Positions 1-9,770 of a stretch of 64,000 nt of DNA are shown one piece after another. The stretch is from a virus, in the IMG/VR virus record IMGVR_UViG_3300050821_005343, positions 13,862 to 77,861 of that record, one strand, 5' to 3'. Numbering within the stretch: position 1 is the first letter of the stretch; the number at the start of each line of letters is the position of its first letter. The notes under the pieces are model-generated. The model did no database searches and was not told the origin of the DNA. It saw only the letters and a list, made by a program, of their open reading frames with translations. The translations under genes were made by a program, and so were the position numbers.

Positions 1-836
1 CCTCGACCGTTTGGATACGAATACGGCTTGTCGCCACTCTCCACCCTACACCCATCCACATTGATCGCGCCCGTTCCCCAGCGCAGGACGTTCGCAGCGA
101 CTGTCTTTTCCGACAGAGGCTTGCGGGCGAGGCAGATTGGCTCCCATGCGGGCTTTAGAGCAGTGCCGAAGCCATCGTAATGTTTTGCTTGCTCAGAACT
201 CGGGAGATAGATGCGGCCGACGTTTGCGACAGCCTCAGGATCGTCCATCCAAGGACGTCTCCAACCCTCGTTGGTCTCCTCTTCGCTGTTAAATTTACCC
301 TTGTCGATAAAGTGTTGATGCGCTGGCGACTTGGCGCTGCCAAACGATCCAGAAACGCCGAGTTCCTTATCGATAAATCTCGCTACGTTCTGGCTCTTTG
401 GAAAACCCGAACCATAGGTCCAAGCCAATTGATCCCTAATCTCAAACCCCGCGTCCTCGATCGCGCACGCCAGCCGGTGGTAGGAGCGCGTACCGCCGAA
501 CGCTGCGACATGCGCTCCTGGCTTCAAGACGCGCAGGACTTCGGCCCAGAATTCCACGGAGAAGGCTGTCTCGCCGGTGTCCCAAGTTTTTCCCATGAAG
601 CCGCGCGATAGGCGCTTGTACTGCGCGCCTCTGTTCGGCGGCTGCGCGTCGGCGTTGGATTCCATGTTAGAGCGCGCCGAATAGTCCGCATCAGCACCAA
701 ACCGCTTCGTGATGCTAACCAACGCATACGGCGGATCTGTACACACCGAGTCCACGCTGTTGTCCGCCAGCCCGCGCACGACATCCATTGCGTCGCCACC
801 ATGCAAGGAAACGCGCCCGTCGAGAAAGGTTTTCAA
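1..836 (-). CDS. beta-class N6-adenine/N4-cytosine DNA methyltransferase (runs off window start)
   Basis: Manual translation from TTG at 836: MKTFLDGRVSLHGGDAMDV..SVDSVCTDPPY..RVLKPGAH..GFEIRDQ..YGSGFPKS..GTALKPAWEPICLARKP. Contains the DPPY catalytic motif. Absent from the ORF track because the stop lies outside the window. Confidence 0.9.
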   Translation of the reverse strand, partial: MKTFLDGRVSLHGGDAMDVVRGLADNSVDSVCTDPPYALVSITKRFGADADYSARSNMESNADAQPPNRGAQYKRLSRGFMGKTWDTGETAFSVEFWAEVLRVLKPGAHVAAFGGTRSYHRLACAIEDAGFEIRDQLAWTYGSGFPKSQNVARFIDKELGVSGSFGSAKSPAHQHFIDKGKFNSEEETNEGWRRPWMDDPEAVANVGRIYLPSSEQAKHYDGFGTALKPAWEPICLARKPLSEKTVAANVLRWGTGAINVDGCRVESGDKPYSYPNGR

Positions 837-956
837 GATTCGCTCCATATGCAAGAAGTCGCGTACCATGCCACAAGCGGCGCGCAAAGCAATACTTGTT
901 TTCACGCCAAGTCGCGCACGTTACGATTTTTCACGTCCAGTTACGATTTTTCGCGG

Positions 957-2561
957 CTATTCCGCCGCAACGGCCAGCGCTGCAGGACGCGCGTCGACCA
1001 CGTTGATCCACTTGTCCTTCGGCTTGACGGCGATCTCAGTCGTTGGCCTAAGTTCCGCAGCCCGCGACATCCACGAAACAGCCGTTCGCGGCAGCGGCAT
1101 CTGCCCGCCGTGCGCAAGCCAGAACTTGTCTGCGATCTTGCCGCGGAAGTCTGTATGCTCTGGAGAATACCAAGCTTTGTGCGTCACGATGCCGCATCGG
1201 AATTTCGCCAGCACGCTTGTCGGCCTCTCCGGCTTGTAGTGCATCGCGAACGTCCGCTCGCTAACCCGCACCCACTCGGCCGGCGCGTTGCCCATGATCG
1301 CCATGGCGCTCGCTTTGGCGGTCAGCTTGCTTACGGCGCTGGGCGTGAACACATGGCCGCAGTCTGGGCATTCCATTATGCTGGCGTGTATTAGCGAGTG
1401 GCACGTCGGGCATTCCTTGACCGGCGCGACTCCGCCGCCTGTTTTCTCTCCGGGGGGCTTCACGCAATCGACCGGGCCGTGGGTGCGGATGAGGCCGGCG
1501 AAGTCCAGCACCAAGCAGTTGTCCTTCCCCGGCGCATTGCGCGTGCCGCGGCCCATCATCTGGACGTACAGGCTGGCCGATGCGGTCGGCCGGAGGGCCA
1601 TGATCATGTCCACTCCAGGCGCGTTGAAGCCGGTGGTCAGGACGTTCGCATTAGTCACGCATCGGATATGACCTGCCTTGAAGTCTTCGAGAATACGACG
1701 CCGTTCCTCCGAAGGGGTCGCTCCCGTAATGGTCTCCGCCACAAATTGTCGTAGTCGAATCTCGTCTCGAACGTGATAGGCGTGCTCGACACCAGAACAA
1801 AAGGCGAGCCATGACTTGCGGTCCCGCCCATACGCGACCGCTTCGTCAATCGCACGACGCGTTGTTTCGGTTTTGTCAACCGCAGCTTGAAGTTGTTTCT
1901 CAATGTATTCGCCTCCTGATTTGCCAACGCCTGTTAGGTCAAAGCCCGTCTCGGTTGCTTTGGTGACGAGCCGTGCTAGATAGCCGTCTCTAACTCCGTC
2001 GCTGATGCCGTAGGTGTAGACTATGCGGTCGAACATCGCGCCGTCGCCTTTGTCTAACCGGCCGGAGCCGAGGCGGTACGGAGTCGCGGTCAAACCAGCG
2101 ACGCGCATGTCAGGATTAGCCAAGCGCAGCTCGGCTATAAAGCGTCCGTACATCGTGGACGCCTTACGCGGCACAAGGTGCGCTTCGTCGATCAGCAGCA
2201 AGTCAACAGAGCCGAACGCCGCGGCGTTGCGATGCGCGGTTTGAATGCCGGCGAAGATGATTTGCTGACGTGTCGCGCGTGCTGTCTTGCCAAAGCCTGC
2301 GCTGTGGATACCGGCATAGTCAGCGCCCCGCCACCAATTGGCTAGGAATTCCTTGTAATTCTGTTCGATGAGTTCCTTAACGTGCGTTACTACGACAATT
2401 TTCTTGTCGTAACTTCTAACTACCGCTTTACAAAGCTCGGCCAGAACAAGCGACTTTCCTGTCCCGGTAGCCATGTCGACTAGCGGCGAACCGCTGTCCG
2501 TCTCTAAAAAATCTAAGACGGCGTCGACGGCGGCTCGCTGATATGGTCTAAGCGTGTGCAC
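957..2561 (-). CDS. SF2 DEAD/DEAH-type helicase with C-terminal Zn finger (RadD/YejH-like)
   Basis: Motifs LRPYQ, TGTGKS, IDEAH, GLTATP, LTTGFN, QMMGRGTR, then CPTC..CPDC. Confidence 0.93.
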   Translation of the reverse strand: MHTLRPYQRAAVDAVLDFLETDSGSPLVDMATGTGKSLVLAELCKAVVRSYDKKIVVVTHVKELIEQNYKEFLANWWRGADYAGIHSAGFGKTARATRQQIIFAGIQTAHRNAAAFGSVDLLLIDEAHLVPRKASTMYGRFIAELRLANPDMRVAGLTATPYRLGSGRLDKGDGAMFDRIVYTYGISDGVRDGYLARLVTKATETGFDLTGVGKSGGEYIEKQLQAAVDKTETTRRAIDEAVAYGRDRKSWLAFCSGVEHAYHVRDEIRLRQFVAETITGATPSEERRRILEDFKAGHIRCVTNANVLTTGFNAPGVDMIMALRPTASASLYVQMMGRGTRNAPGKDNCLVLDFAGLIRTHGPVDCVKPPGEKTGGGVAPVKECPTCHSLIHASIMECPDCGHVFTPSAVSKLTAKASAMAIMGNAPAEWVRVSERTFAMHYKPERPTSVLAKFRCGIVTHKAWYSPEHTDFRGKIADKFWLAHGGQMPLPRTAVSWMSRAAELRPTTEIAVKPKDKWINVVDARPAALAVAAE

Positions 2562-3381
2562 GGGCGCGCCATTCTTGGCTTACACGAGCAGCCGCCGGAT
2601 CTCCAACAAGACACGGCTTTACCTTAGTCTTATTGCCATCAGGCAATCTCCTGACGTGGCCACGGCGCCAATGAAGTCTTGGGGATGCGTGCGTGCCACT
2701 GCGATCAGACATCTCAACGACAGCAGAACTTGTATCTATGGTAACTATTTTATGACCAGAAATAGGACAGGCTCCGCGTTTTTCTCTTGCTTTGTTGAGG
2801 TTTTCCGGAGCGGCTTCGTCCGTTATTCTGACATGCTTTGTTTCCAAGCACACTAACGATTGCAGAACTCTTTGGGCAGAATGGGTTGCCTGACCTAAGT
2901 TAGCATCAACCAACTTGTGTTCAGATGCGAACTCTAGTTTGTTAATTACAACTCCTCCCTTATCAAGATTTTTCCCAGTATATATACAAGTAGCCCAAGG
3001 CATAATCAACCATGCGTTATCCACTCTAATGATCTGCTGAATGGTAAACCCATGATAACTCTTAACAACCAAATCACATACTGCTATGCTTTTGTCCTTG
3101 ACGATGCCGCCAAAATTAAAAAGAACTATATCAAATGGCAACGGCAACATATCTTCGTGGAACGCTTCAATTGCCGTTCCCAACAGTGCGTCGCAGAACG
3201 TCGTAGTAATGGTGGATATGTCGAATCCGTGCGCCATAGACAGACCACTGCGTAGCTTAGACATCTCTAGGTCTACTATAGGTCCGGTGAACGATCCTGG
3301 CGGCTTTGGAAATGGATATCTAGTCTCTCCAGTCGCCATGCCGTCGATTATTTTGTGTCGATAATCCAGCGGTGCCTCCAT
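2548..3381 (-). CDS. hypothetical phage protein with C-terminal HWRRGHxR motif
   Basis: 277-aa AT-rich ORF containing GTHASPRLHWRRGHVRR, with its own TTGACG promoter/operator at 3404-3428. Confidence 0.7.
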   Translation of the reverse strand: MEAPLDYRHKIIDGMATGETRYPFPKPPGSFTGPIVDLEMSKLRSGLSMAHGFDISTITTTFCDALLGTAIEAFHEDMLPLPFDIVLFNFGGIVKDKSIAVCDLVVKSYHGFTIQQIIRVDNAWLIMPWATCIYTGKNLDKGGVVINKLEFASEHKLVDANLGQATHSAQRVLQSLVCLETKHVRITDEAAPENLNKAREKRGACPISGHKIVTIDTSSAVVEMSDRSGTHASPRLHWRRGHVRRLPDGNKTKVKPCLVGDPAAARVSQEWRARAHA

Positions 3382-3424
3382 TGTCGATTAGCACGCAAAC
3401 TTATGGCATACTACGCAACAACCG

Positions 3425-3754
3425 TCAAATAGAAACCCCGTCGTCGAGAACATTTTCTAGCAGCACTGAGTCGGCCAGAGCCGTTGCCACGTCCGCCATC
3501 ATCGCCCCCACGCTTTTGCCCCTGGCTGACGCCGATGCGTGTAGGCTGCGCCACGCCTCGTCATCGACAGTAAAGACGACAGGCTTGCCGGGGGAGCGCT
3601 TGTCTTCGGTCATTCCCTCAAGAAGCAGCCTGTCTCTAACGGCGTATTCCGAGCAGCCAATGGCTCTAGCGATGTTTGACCGATGCTCGCCGGCCCTGAA
3701 CATCTCCAAGGCCAGCGCTACCAACTCAGGAGTCCATTTGGTACGCTTTCTCAC
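3425..3754 (-). CDS. HTH DNA-binding protein
   Basis: WTPE..RSNIARAIGCSEYAVRDRL helix-turn-helix pattern. Confidence 0.65.
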   Translation of the reverse strand: MRKRTKWTPELVALALEMFRAGEHRSNIARAIGCSEYAVRDRLLLEGMTEDKRSPGKPVVFTVDDEAWRSLHASASARGKSVGAMMADVATALADSVLLENVLDDGVSI

Positions 3755-4227
3755 GCGACGGCCATAAGCTCACGAACCTCGCTCTCGTTCATGACCTCGC
3801 CGACAGTCTTCGCTCCAGCTCGCTTGGCTATTTTAGCGTAGCCTTTGCCGAATTTCGCCATTTCCAGGCCGGTGCAGTGGCGCATTTCTTTTCCGTTCAG
3901 CATGGGGTGGGACAGGAACTGATTCACGACCTGCGCAGTGGCTGCCCTGACCATCTCCTGCCGTTCGGCCCGACGCTCTACGGTTACGGCCCTTTGACCT
4001 TGGCTCTGCGCGTAGGTGAGCATATTGACGAAGAAGTACCAATCAATCGCGCTGCGGTGATCCTCGTCTCCTTCGATTAGCTCACGGAACCTATCGAATA
4101 GATCTTCCTTGCTAGCGCGCGGGTTACTCTGCACAAGGTCGACCAAAAGAGCGCGCGTGGTCATGGGCGAGTTCTTCGCGAGGAAGGTAGCGCCGCGCCT
4201 AGAAGTGTCAGTGTTAGCGTGTAACAT
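3751..4227 (-). CDS. hypothetical phage protein
   Basis: 158-aa ORF overlapping both neighbours. Confidence 0.6.
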   Translation of the reverse strand: MLHANTDTSRRGATFLAKNSPMTTRALLVDLVQSNPRASKEDLFDRFRELIEGDEDHRSAIDWYFFVNMLTYAQSQGQRAVTVERRAERQEMVRAATAQVVNQFLSHPMLNGKEMRHCTGLEMAKFGKGYAKIAKRAGAKTVGEVMNESEVRELMAVA

Positions 4228-4729
4228 TGCTCATCTCCGGTATAGTTATGCCAAGTTCTTTAAGGGCCTTTAGCGCAATGATAAGCTTTAGGTCTCTGGC
4301 CCTACTATATTCCTGAATTTTTTCCCGATTAGCCTCGCGATAGCAGCGCTTTCTTTCCCGATACTTATCTCGATTGCCCTCGCGGTAGAGGCGGTCTTTT
4401 TCCCGCCGCTTATCCTGATTGGCCGCGCGGTAGAGGCGGTCGTACTCCATCCTCTTCTCCCGATTATCTGCATAGTAGCGTCGAGCCCGTTCCCGTAACT
4501 TCTCCTGGTTGTTTGCGTAATTGCGGCGCGCGCATTCCCGGCTCCGCTCCCTCTCCTTCTCCGGATCGTCTGCTCGCCGGAGGCGCATCGCCTCTTTTGA
4601 GCATGCGAGGCACCCGCCATTTACAGAGCGCTCAGCCACATGGCCATGGCAACACGGATTGCCAGTGAAATACCTCTTCAGTCCCATTGCGCGGGCTGTC
4701 TTGCAGTCAATGATCTCAGGCATTGCCAT
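4214..4729 (-). CDS. HNH-homing-endonuclease-type N-terminal Zn domain plus charged repeats, no nuclease domain
   Basis: ARAMGLKRYFTGNPCCHGHVAER..CLAC followed by R..Y..NREK repeats; no HNH motif seen. Confidence 0.65.
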   Translation of the reverse strand: MAMPEIIDCKTARAMGLKRYFTGNPCCHGHVAERSVNGGCLACSKEAMRLRRADDPEKERERSRECARRNYANNQEKLRERARRYYADNREKRMEYDRLYRAANQDKRREKDRLYREGNRDKYRERKRCYREANREKIQEYSRARDLKLIIALKALKELGITIPEMSNVTR

Positions 4730-5642
4730 TCACCCACGTTTCGCCGTTCGCCAGACGGTATGTGACGGTCTCGGCCTCTGGATCTGAATCAACCTGCTTG
4801 CCAGGAACCAGAGACGGGATGTAAAGATGACTGGGACAACCGGCAGCCTGCTCATCCAGAGTCAGCGGCCGATTCCACCGGCTACAATCCCAGCAGGCGT
4901 TCTCGCTCGTTGTGATCGGCGTACTGTGCAGACACGTCCGACAATTACGCCGCGCTAACTCGCCCTCGTGGCACACCGCCTTGTGCTTGCACCAGATACA
5001 TGGAGGCACGCGGGGGTTTTCGCTTATCTTACTTGGCGGATCGTCCGCCTTGATGATGCGCTCGGCCTTTGCCAGGAGTTGTAAGCAAAAAGTGGCATCA
5101 TACTCAACGCGCCGCTCAAAGATATCATCATCGTTCTTGTTTACGCATATGTACAAGCATCGTGTCAGGCCGCGCCCGTGCATGTACATCTGGCATTGCG
5201 CGTAATGCATCGGCTTGCCTTTCTGCAAGCCCTTCGTCAAAAGCTCCTTGAATCCCTTGTCGTTCGATGACTTACACTCGACAAGGTGGACCGTCTTCGG
5301 CGCCTCCGGAACGCCCCTCGCTTCGGCGTCAATCTTGCCCCGGACATGGCCGCCGACAAACTTAACGCGCTCCTGCTCTTCGCTGATATAGCAGCCTATT
5401 GAGCGCAGGTCGTCGAGGATGCGCTTTTCCTCGATATCGCCCGTGTCGAAGATGCGGAGCTTGCGGCCTTCTATGACTTCGGGCGGCGAGACGCGGCGGA
5501 AGTTCATCCACAAAAATCTATCGCACTCGTGTCCCAAATCACCAACATTTATTCCGACAGGCTCGTAGCTGGAGCGCGCGGCTTCATAGGCCTTGAAGAT
5601 CAGCGCGCGCACGGTGTTGGGCGGCGTGAGGTCGAATCCCAT
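4716..5642 (-). CDS. PD-(D/E)XK Cas4/YqaJ-like exonuclease with Cys cluster
   Basis: GHECDR, GKIDA, LVECKS, HYAQCQMYM, CIWCKHKAVC, CRTC. Probable start MGFDL at 5642. Confidence 0.85.
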   Translation of the reverse strand: MGFDLTPPNTVRALIFKAYEAARSSYEPVGINVGDLGHECDRFLWMNFRRVSPPEVIEGRKLRIFDTGDIEEKRILDDLRSIGCYISEEQERVKFVGGHVRGKIDAEARGVPEAPKTVHLVECKSSNDKGFKELLTKGLQKGKPMHYAQCQMYMHGRGLTRCLYICVNKNDDDIFERRVEYDATFCLQLLAKAERIIKADDPPSKISENPRVPPCIWCKHKAVCHEGELARRNCRTCLHSTPITTSENACWDCSRWNRPLTLDEQAAGCPSHLYIPSLVPGKQVDSDPEAETVTYRLANGETWVNGNA

Positions 5643-5827
5643 TATCCAACCGCCTTCTCGATGGCGTGTACAATACATCCCAGAGCAGTGCTTACCAATA
5701 TTATAGCTATGCACCACATGCCAAAAGTTTCTATCGGAGGATGAAATAATTGATAGGACAGGCAGAAAAAACCCACGGCTCCGCCCAAATCAACCACTAT
5801 AGAGACTATCCTGCCCATCTTAGTCAT
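5642..5827 (-). CDS. small two-TM membrane protein
   Basis: 61 aa with two hydrophobic segments. Confidence 0.5.
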   Translation of the reverse strand: MTKMGRIVSIVVDLGGAVGFFCLSYQLFHPPIETFGMWCIAIILVSTALGCIVHAIEKAVG

Positions 5828-5868
5828 CCTTTAGAGGTTTGGGGCGGCGCTAGGCCGCCCCATTAACG

Positions 5869-6387
5869 TTACGCGCGCTTGGCCCACGGGCGGGCGCCAG
5901 TAGCCGCAACAGCGGCTGGACGTACGACCGCGGCGGGTACCGGCCTAGCGGCAGCGGGCGCAGGAGGAGGAGCCGGCGTCTCGTTCTGCCGGTAGTATTT
6001 CAGGATCTTGTTCTTGTCCTTATACTGCGGGTCTTTGCTTTTCTCGATGCCCACCCGTGCAAGAAATGGCTTATAAAGCAACGCATCAGAGTCGCCTGTG
6101 AGCACTCCGACCGCGTGACCCCATGCCGAAAGATCACGCCACGCAATCTCGACGGCCTTCGGGTTCTTGTTCTCGATGTTGAAGTTGACGTAGAACGAGG
6201 AGCCCTCAAGTTCGCCCTCGATCACGGTGAACTTGGCGGTGACATACTTTCCGGTGCCGTCCTTGGTGACGTTTTCGTCGCTGATTTCGTCGGCCTGCAG
6301 CCGGTAGTCGTCGATCGGTAGTAGTTCTCCTCCACCACCGCCTGTAGACGGCTCGATGGTGCTCAAGTCTTGTAGTTGAAAACCCAT
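5869..6387 (-). CDS. DUF669-like single-stranded DNA-binding protein
   Basis: LLPIDDY..TKDGTGKY..F.VIEG..NIENKNPKAVEIA..DKNKI, Pro/Ala tail ending RPWAK; next to Sak4. Confidence 0.8.
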   Translation of the reverse strand: MGFQLQDLSTIEPSTGGGGGELLPIDDYRLQADEISDENVTKDGTGKYVTAKFTVIEGELEGSSFYVNFNIENKNPKAVEIAWRDLSAWGHAVGVLTGDSDALLYKPFLARVGIEKSKDPQYKDKNKILKYYRQNETPAPPPAPAAARPVPAAVVRPAAVAATGARPWAKRA

Positions 6388-6398
6388 AGTCGTTGCTC

Positions 6399-7196
6399 CT
6401 ACTCTGCTGCTTGTTGAACTTGTGTACTGATGCCCGTCGGCTGCGGGAAGTATTTGGCGATGGCCTCGTAGCCTTTACCGGCGCGGTATTCGACCGATTC
6501 AGGCATCTGGTAGCGGTTCTTAGCCAAAAAACCGGCACGCTCCTCGAGATGAATTAGACGCGATCCGCCGCCTACTCCGTGCGAAACTTTCTTGTTGAAG
6601 CCTACTTCCTTCTCCTTGATGCTGATTCGATAGTTGAAGAACCCGACAATATCGGCGTGCTCTTGCACGAGGGCTCCGGCGCGCTCGTGCAGCTTGATTA
6701 GATATCTCGAGTATGGGTCGGACGTCGGCGAGTCGAAGCGTTTAACTTCGCTATGCGCGATCATAACTACGGCCATGCCGTATGCGGCCATCGCGTTCAT
6801 GCGAGCAATGAATTCTAGCCATGCCGAATCCGCGATCTTAAAGCCCTTACCCCAACCAGGGGTTTCGATGTTCGCCCATTCTGGCGTCTGCTGCTTGCAG
6901 ACGTAGCTCCAAACCATCGGCTCCATAGCGTCGAGAGAATCAATGACGACGGTTTTGTATTCGTGCCGTTCGGTCAGCAGCGATTCCATTGCGCCGAGAA
7001 CGTCATCGAATGTCTCAATTTCTCCAAAGCTGTCGATCTCGATGCCGCCCGGAGTTCCCTGTTCGCACTGAATGAAAACCGGGTCTGGCCACTCGGCGGC
7101 AAAGCTCGTCTTGCCGATGCCGTGTACGCCGTAGGCAATGAACCTAGGCGGGTTTACTGCCTTGACGCGGCGCAGCGATGCGAGAGATTTTGCCAT
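6399..7196 (-). CDS. Sak4-like AAA ATPase (single-strand annealing)
   Basis: YGVHGIGKTS, VVIDSLD, GWGKG, IAHS, AKNRY. Confidence 0.88.
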   Translation of the reverse strand: MAKSLASLRRVKAVNPPRFIAYGVHGIGKTSFAAEWPDPVFIQCEQGTPGGIEIDSFGEIETFDDVLGAMESLLTERHEYKTVVIDSLDAMEPMVWSYVCKQQTPEWANIETPGWGKGFKIADSAWLEFIARMNAMAAYGMAVVMIAHSEVKRFDSPTSDPYSRYLIKLHERAGALVQEHADIVGFFNYRISIKEKEVGFNKKVSHGVGGGSRLIHLEERAGFLAKNRYQMPESVEYRAGKGYEAIAKYFPQPTGISTQVQQAAE

Positions 7197-7393
7197 CAGA
7201 CGTTCTCCACTATTACCGGAGGCTCTCCTAGGCTGACGCGGGCGACGAGCCGGTAGATAGCCATATTCTCTCCGTTCTCTATGGCCTCGACCTTGGCTTC
7301 GTCGATCGCTGCCTGTAAGGATAAGACGTCGCCCGATGGATCATCCGTGCAGACAAAAAACTGTCCCTTGTCGTTATCGTTCTTTGCCATCAC
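7196..7393 (-). CDS. hypothetical protein
   Basis: 65 aa, translationally coupled in the early operon. Confidence 0.55.
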   Translation of the reverse strand: MMAKNDNDKGQFFVCTDDPSGDVLSLQAAIDEAKVEAIENGENMAIYRLVARVSLGEPPVIVENV

Positions 7394-7794
7394 GCAAACC
7401 TCTCGATTTTAACTTCCGGCCTTGCTATTGCGAGGCGCTTGAAGACCGCGAACTGAGCCCCAGGATCGTCGCGCGCGAGTTCGTAAGCGTGCGCTTCGGC
7501 TTCCTCTTGCGTGTCGAAAGTCTCGTCTTCGTCCTCGATGTAGACGACCTGGAACCTGGCGGCGGGGGAGGAGGCTGCGGTGGGAGAGGCGAGTTCTATG
7601 TTGTCCTCCCTCACCCACCAACGATTTTCCTCGAGGTCTCCCAAGTCGGCATCGTGGCCTCCGGTCCAGTCGGGGAACTCAACGGCTATGCCTGCGTCGC
7701 CATTAATGACAATCGTCCCTAAATCAGTCTGTGGGTGATGCGTCGACACCCATGCCTTCACCCTCACCCTATCGCCAACCTTAAACTTGCTCAT
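7390..7794 (-). CDS. hypothetical protein with SH3/KOW-like N-terminus
   Basis: Starts MSKFKVGDRVRV; coupled to neighbours. Confidence 0.6.
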   Translation of the reverse strand: MSKFKVGDRVRVKAWVSTHHPQTDLGTIVINGDAGIAVEFPDWTGGHDADLGDLEENRWWVREDNIELASPTAASSPAARFQVVYIEDEDETFDTQEEAEAHAYELARDDPGAQFAVFKRLAIARPEVKIERFA

Positions 7795-8057
7795 GCTCTT
7801 GCTCCTTCCGTATCGCCGTGCTCTCTATGCAAATCCTGTAAGTGCAGCAGACACCAAAGCGCCATTTCAGTTAGTGTAGGCTCTGGCCGTCCATACCGAG
7901 CCGCTGTTTTTTTCTTGACCATACCTTCGCGTTCCAGAATCTTACGCACGCTAGTCTCGGAACAATCCAGGTGCGCTGCTATGCGAACGACCGACAACCC
8001 CGTCCGCCTTGCTTCAAGAACAACCGTCGTATCAGGGGCTGGTCGCTGTTTACCCAT
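7791..8057 (-). CDS. Cro-like HTH protein, first gene of the leftward early operon
   Basis: GLSVVRIAAHLDCSETSVRKIL; divergent from the repressor. Confidence 0.6.
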   Translation of the reverse strand: MGKQRPAPDTTVVLEARRTGLSVVRIAAHLDCSETSVRKILEREGMVKKKTAARYGRPEPTLTEMALWCLLHLQDLHREHGDTEGARA

Positions 8058-8089
8058 TGCGTGTGACGCCCCGTTTTTGCACCCGATTC

Positions 8090-8121
8090 CATTTGTAGCG
8101 TAGTATGCGCTTGCATGTCAA
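8090..8121 (-). promoter_or_regulatory. leftward early promoter overlapped by operator
   Basis: Minus strand TTGACA (8121-8116), about 17 bp spacer, then GCTACA. Operator TAGCGT-AGT-ATGCGC at 8096-8110. Confidence 0.7.
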
Positions 8122-8221
8122 CCAAAAATATGCCAACTTCAAAAAATTGTTACGCAACCACGGGGTTGCGGTGTTAAGGAGATGGCGTCTTTTTAAGCGG
8201 GAAATATAGGGGTACGACACG

Positions 8222-8635
8222 ATGGCTAGACGAAAACGCCCGGAAGGCGTGGTCCTCCATCCGACCTACTTGCGCGAATGGCGAAATTATAAAAAGATGA
8301 CGCTCGAGCAGGTAGGCAAATTGATCGACTTAGATAAGAGCGCTCTGGCTCGGGTCGAGAATGGGCATAGTCCATACGATCAAATTCATTTGCAGCAATT
8401 AGAGCGGGTGTACGGGGTGTCCATCATTGACCTCCTCTACACCGACCCCAAACGGCCAATTGACGTCAACGCGCCGTGGGCGACTCATTTTACGCAGCAG
8501 GAAAAGAGAGCGCGCGTGGCGAGAGTTCCGCGCGCGACCGCTGACCTGATGAATCTGGTTCAGAAAGTCGCACCAGAGGATACCGAGACGATTAAAATGG
8601 TCGTCGAGGCGGTACTGGCGAAGGGCAAGAAGTGA
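8222..8635 (+). CDS. XRE-family HTH repressor (CI-like, no peptidase domain)
   Basis: YLREWRNYKKMTLEQVGKLIDLDKSALARVENG; divergent from the early operon. Confidence 0.85.
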   Translation: MARRKRPEGVVLHPTYLREWRNYKKMTLEQVGKLIDLDKSALARVENGHSPYDQIHLQQLERVYGVSIIDLLYTDPKRPIDVNAPWATHFTQQEKRARVARVPRATADLMNLVQKVAPEDTETIKMVVEAVLAKGKK

Positions 8636-8739
8636 CGGTATGCGCTATGTCGTGCATTTTTTTGCTTGACATTAATGTGCAGAGCGGTTATTAGTGATCC
8701 GTCAGCCCAATATCGGACTGCCGAGAAGGAGACGTCAAT

Positions 8740-8946
8740 ATGGATAAGGTTAATGTTAGATTTATTCCGCGCGTAACCGATATGCGCAACGGCACATTTA
8801 GGCCAGAGGTGGTTATAGATGACGGCGCGCTGGGCGACATCATCATCGGCGCACCCGTAGCCTCGTACGAAGAGGCGATGAGCGTCGCTAATGAACGCAC
8901 CCGTAGCCTCGTACAGAGAGGCAGTTACCGTTGGGCGCGGAGCTAA
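8740..8946 (+). CDS. hypothetical protein, paralogue of 9343..9621
   Basis: AAGGAG RBS; TTGACA at 8666; FIPRVTDMRNGTFRPEVV. Confidence 0.7.
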   Translation: MDKVNVRFIPRVTDMRNGTFRPEVVIDDGALGDIIIGAPVASYEEAMSVANERTRSLVQRGSYRWARS

Positions 8947-9197
8947 AGGTGAGAGAAACGCACGAGGCCACGCAACCTTGGGTGGCCGAAGGAATATGTC
9001 GACGCACTTGGTATCTCCGACGGGCTAAGGCTGGAATAAGGACAGGAAAGAGACAGGATAATAAGGTCAAGTGTTTTTTCCGAGCGGAGGTTTCCACGTT
9101 AGAGGCGGTCCGGGCCAGAGCGAAGATAACAGGTAAAACACCCAGCGCTGTTATTCGCGATGTCGTTGAGCGGGCCGTTGCCAGTTGGGGGGATTAG
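8931..9197 (+). CDS. putative ribbon-helix-helix DNA-binding protein
   Basis: PWVAEGICRRTWYLRR then VKCFFR..LEAVRARAKITGKTPSAVIRDVV. Confidence 0.55.
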   Translation: MGAELKVRETHEATQPWVAEGICRRTWYLRRAKAGIRTGKRQDNKVKCFFRAEVSTLEAVRARAKITGKTPSAVIRDVVERAVASWGD

Positions 9198-9342
9198 CGG
9201 CCTCCACAAATATGTTATTTTCGTTTGGTATGCCCCCCCCCAATGTGTCAACAAAAACCCTTTGCAAATCTTTGTGAACTAAGGTCAATGTACGAAACCG
9301 TACAGAAAGTTTCTTGACGGCAAGGAGGCGAACGTAAACACC

Positions 9343-9621
9343 GTGCAAACGATCGAAAGGGGCGGCCTGATTATAATACCGCGAGTTACGAACATGCAAA
9401 ACGGCTTTTTCCGGCCGGAGGTTGTCTATAGCAACGGAAGGACCAGCGACATAATCTTTGGTGATCTGCATCTTAGCCGTGTGCGTTGCGCGTCGATCGC
9501 AGAGCACGCCGCGCTGGCTGCGGCGATGATGAGTAAGAACATGGGTGGTGCGTGGGACGAATGCGCTCGAGGATTGGCCAATTGTAAGCGCATGGCCGAG
9601 ATTCTTGTGGGTTCGATTTAG
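9343..9621 (+). CDS. hypothetical protein, paralogue of 8740..8946
   Basis: AGGAGG upstream; IIPRVTNMQNGFFRPEVV. Confidence 0.65.
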   Translation: MQTIERGGLIIIPRVTNMQNGFFRPEVVYSNGRTSDIIFGDLHLSRVRCASIAEHAALAAAMMSKNMGGAWDECARGLANCKRMAEILVGSI

Positions 9622-9658
9622 TTTTTGCTTAATTCTTAGGACGCCTATTTCTACCCTG

Positions 9659-9684
9659 GCCCGCTTCGGCGGGCTTTTATTTTG
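9659..9684 (+). terminator. Rho-independent terminator
   Basis: GCCCGC-TTCG-GCGGGC followed by TTTTATTTT. Confidence 0.85.
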
Positions 9685-9770
9685 CTAGGTCGCCGTGTTT
9701 GGAACTTTAAGCATTTCAATGGGTCTTTCCGGCGAGCTAGGTCGTGTAAGAGGTTGATTTTATTGCTTGC

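Noticed and set aside
5841-5861. GC hairpin after the SSB gene as a terminator
   Set aside because: No U-tract on the coding strand; may be a stability hairpin only.
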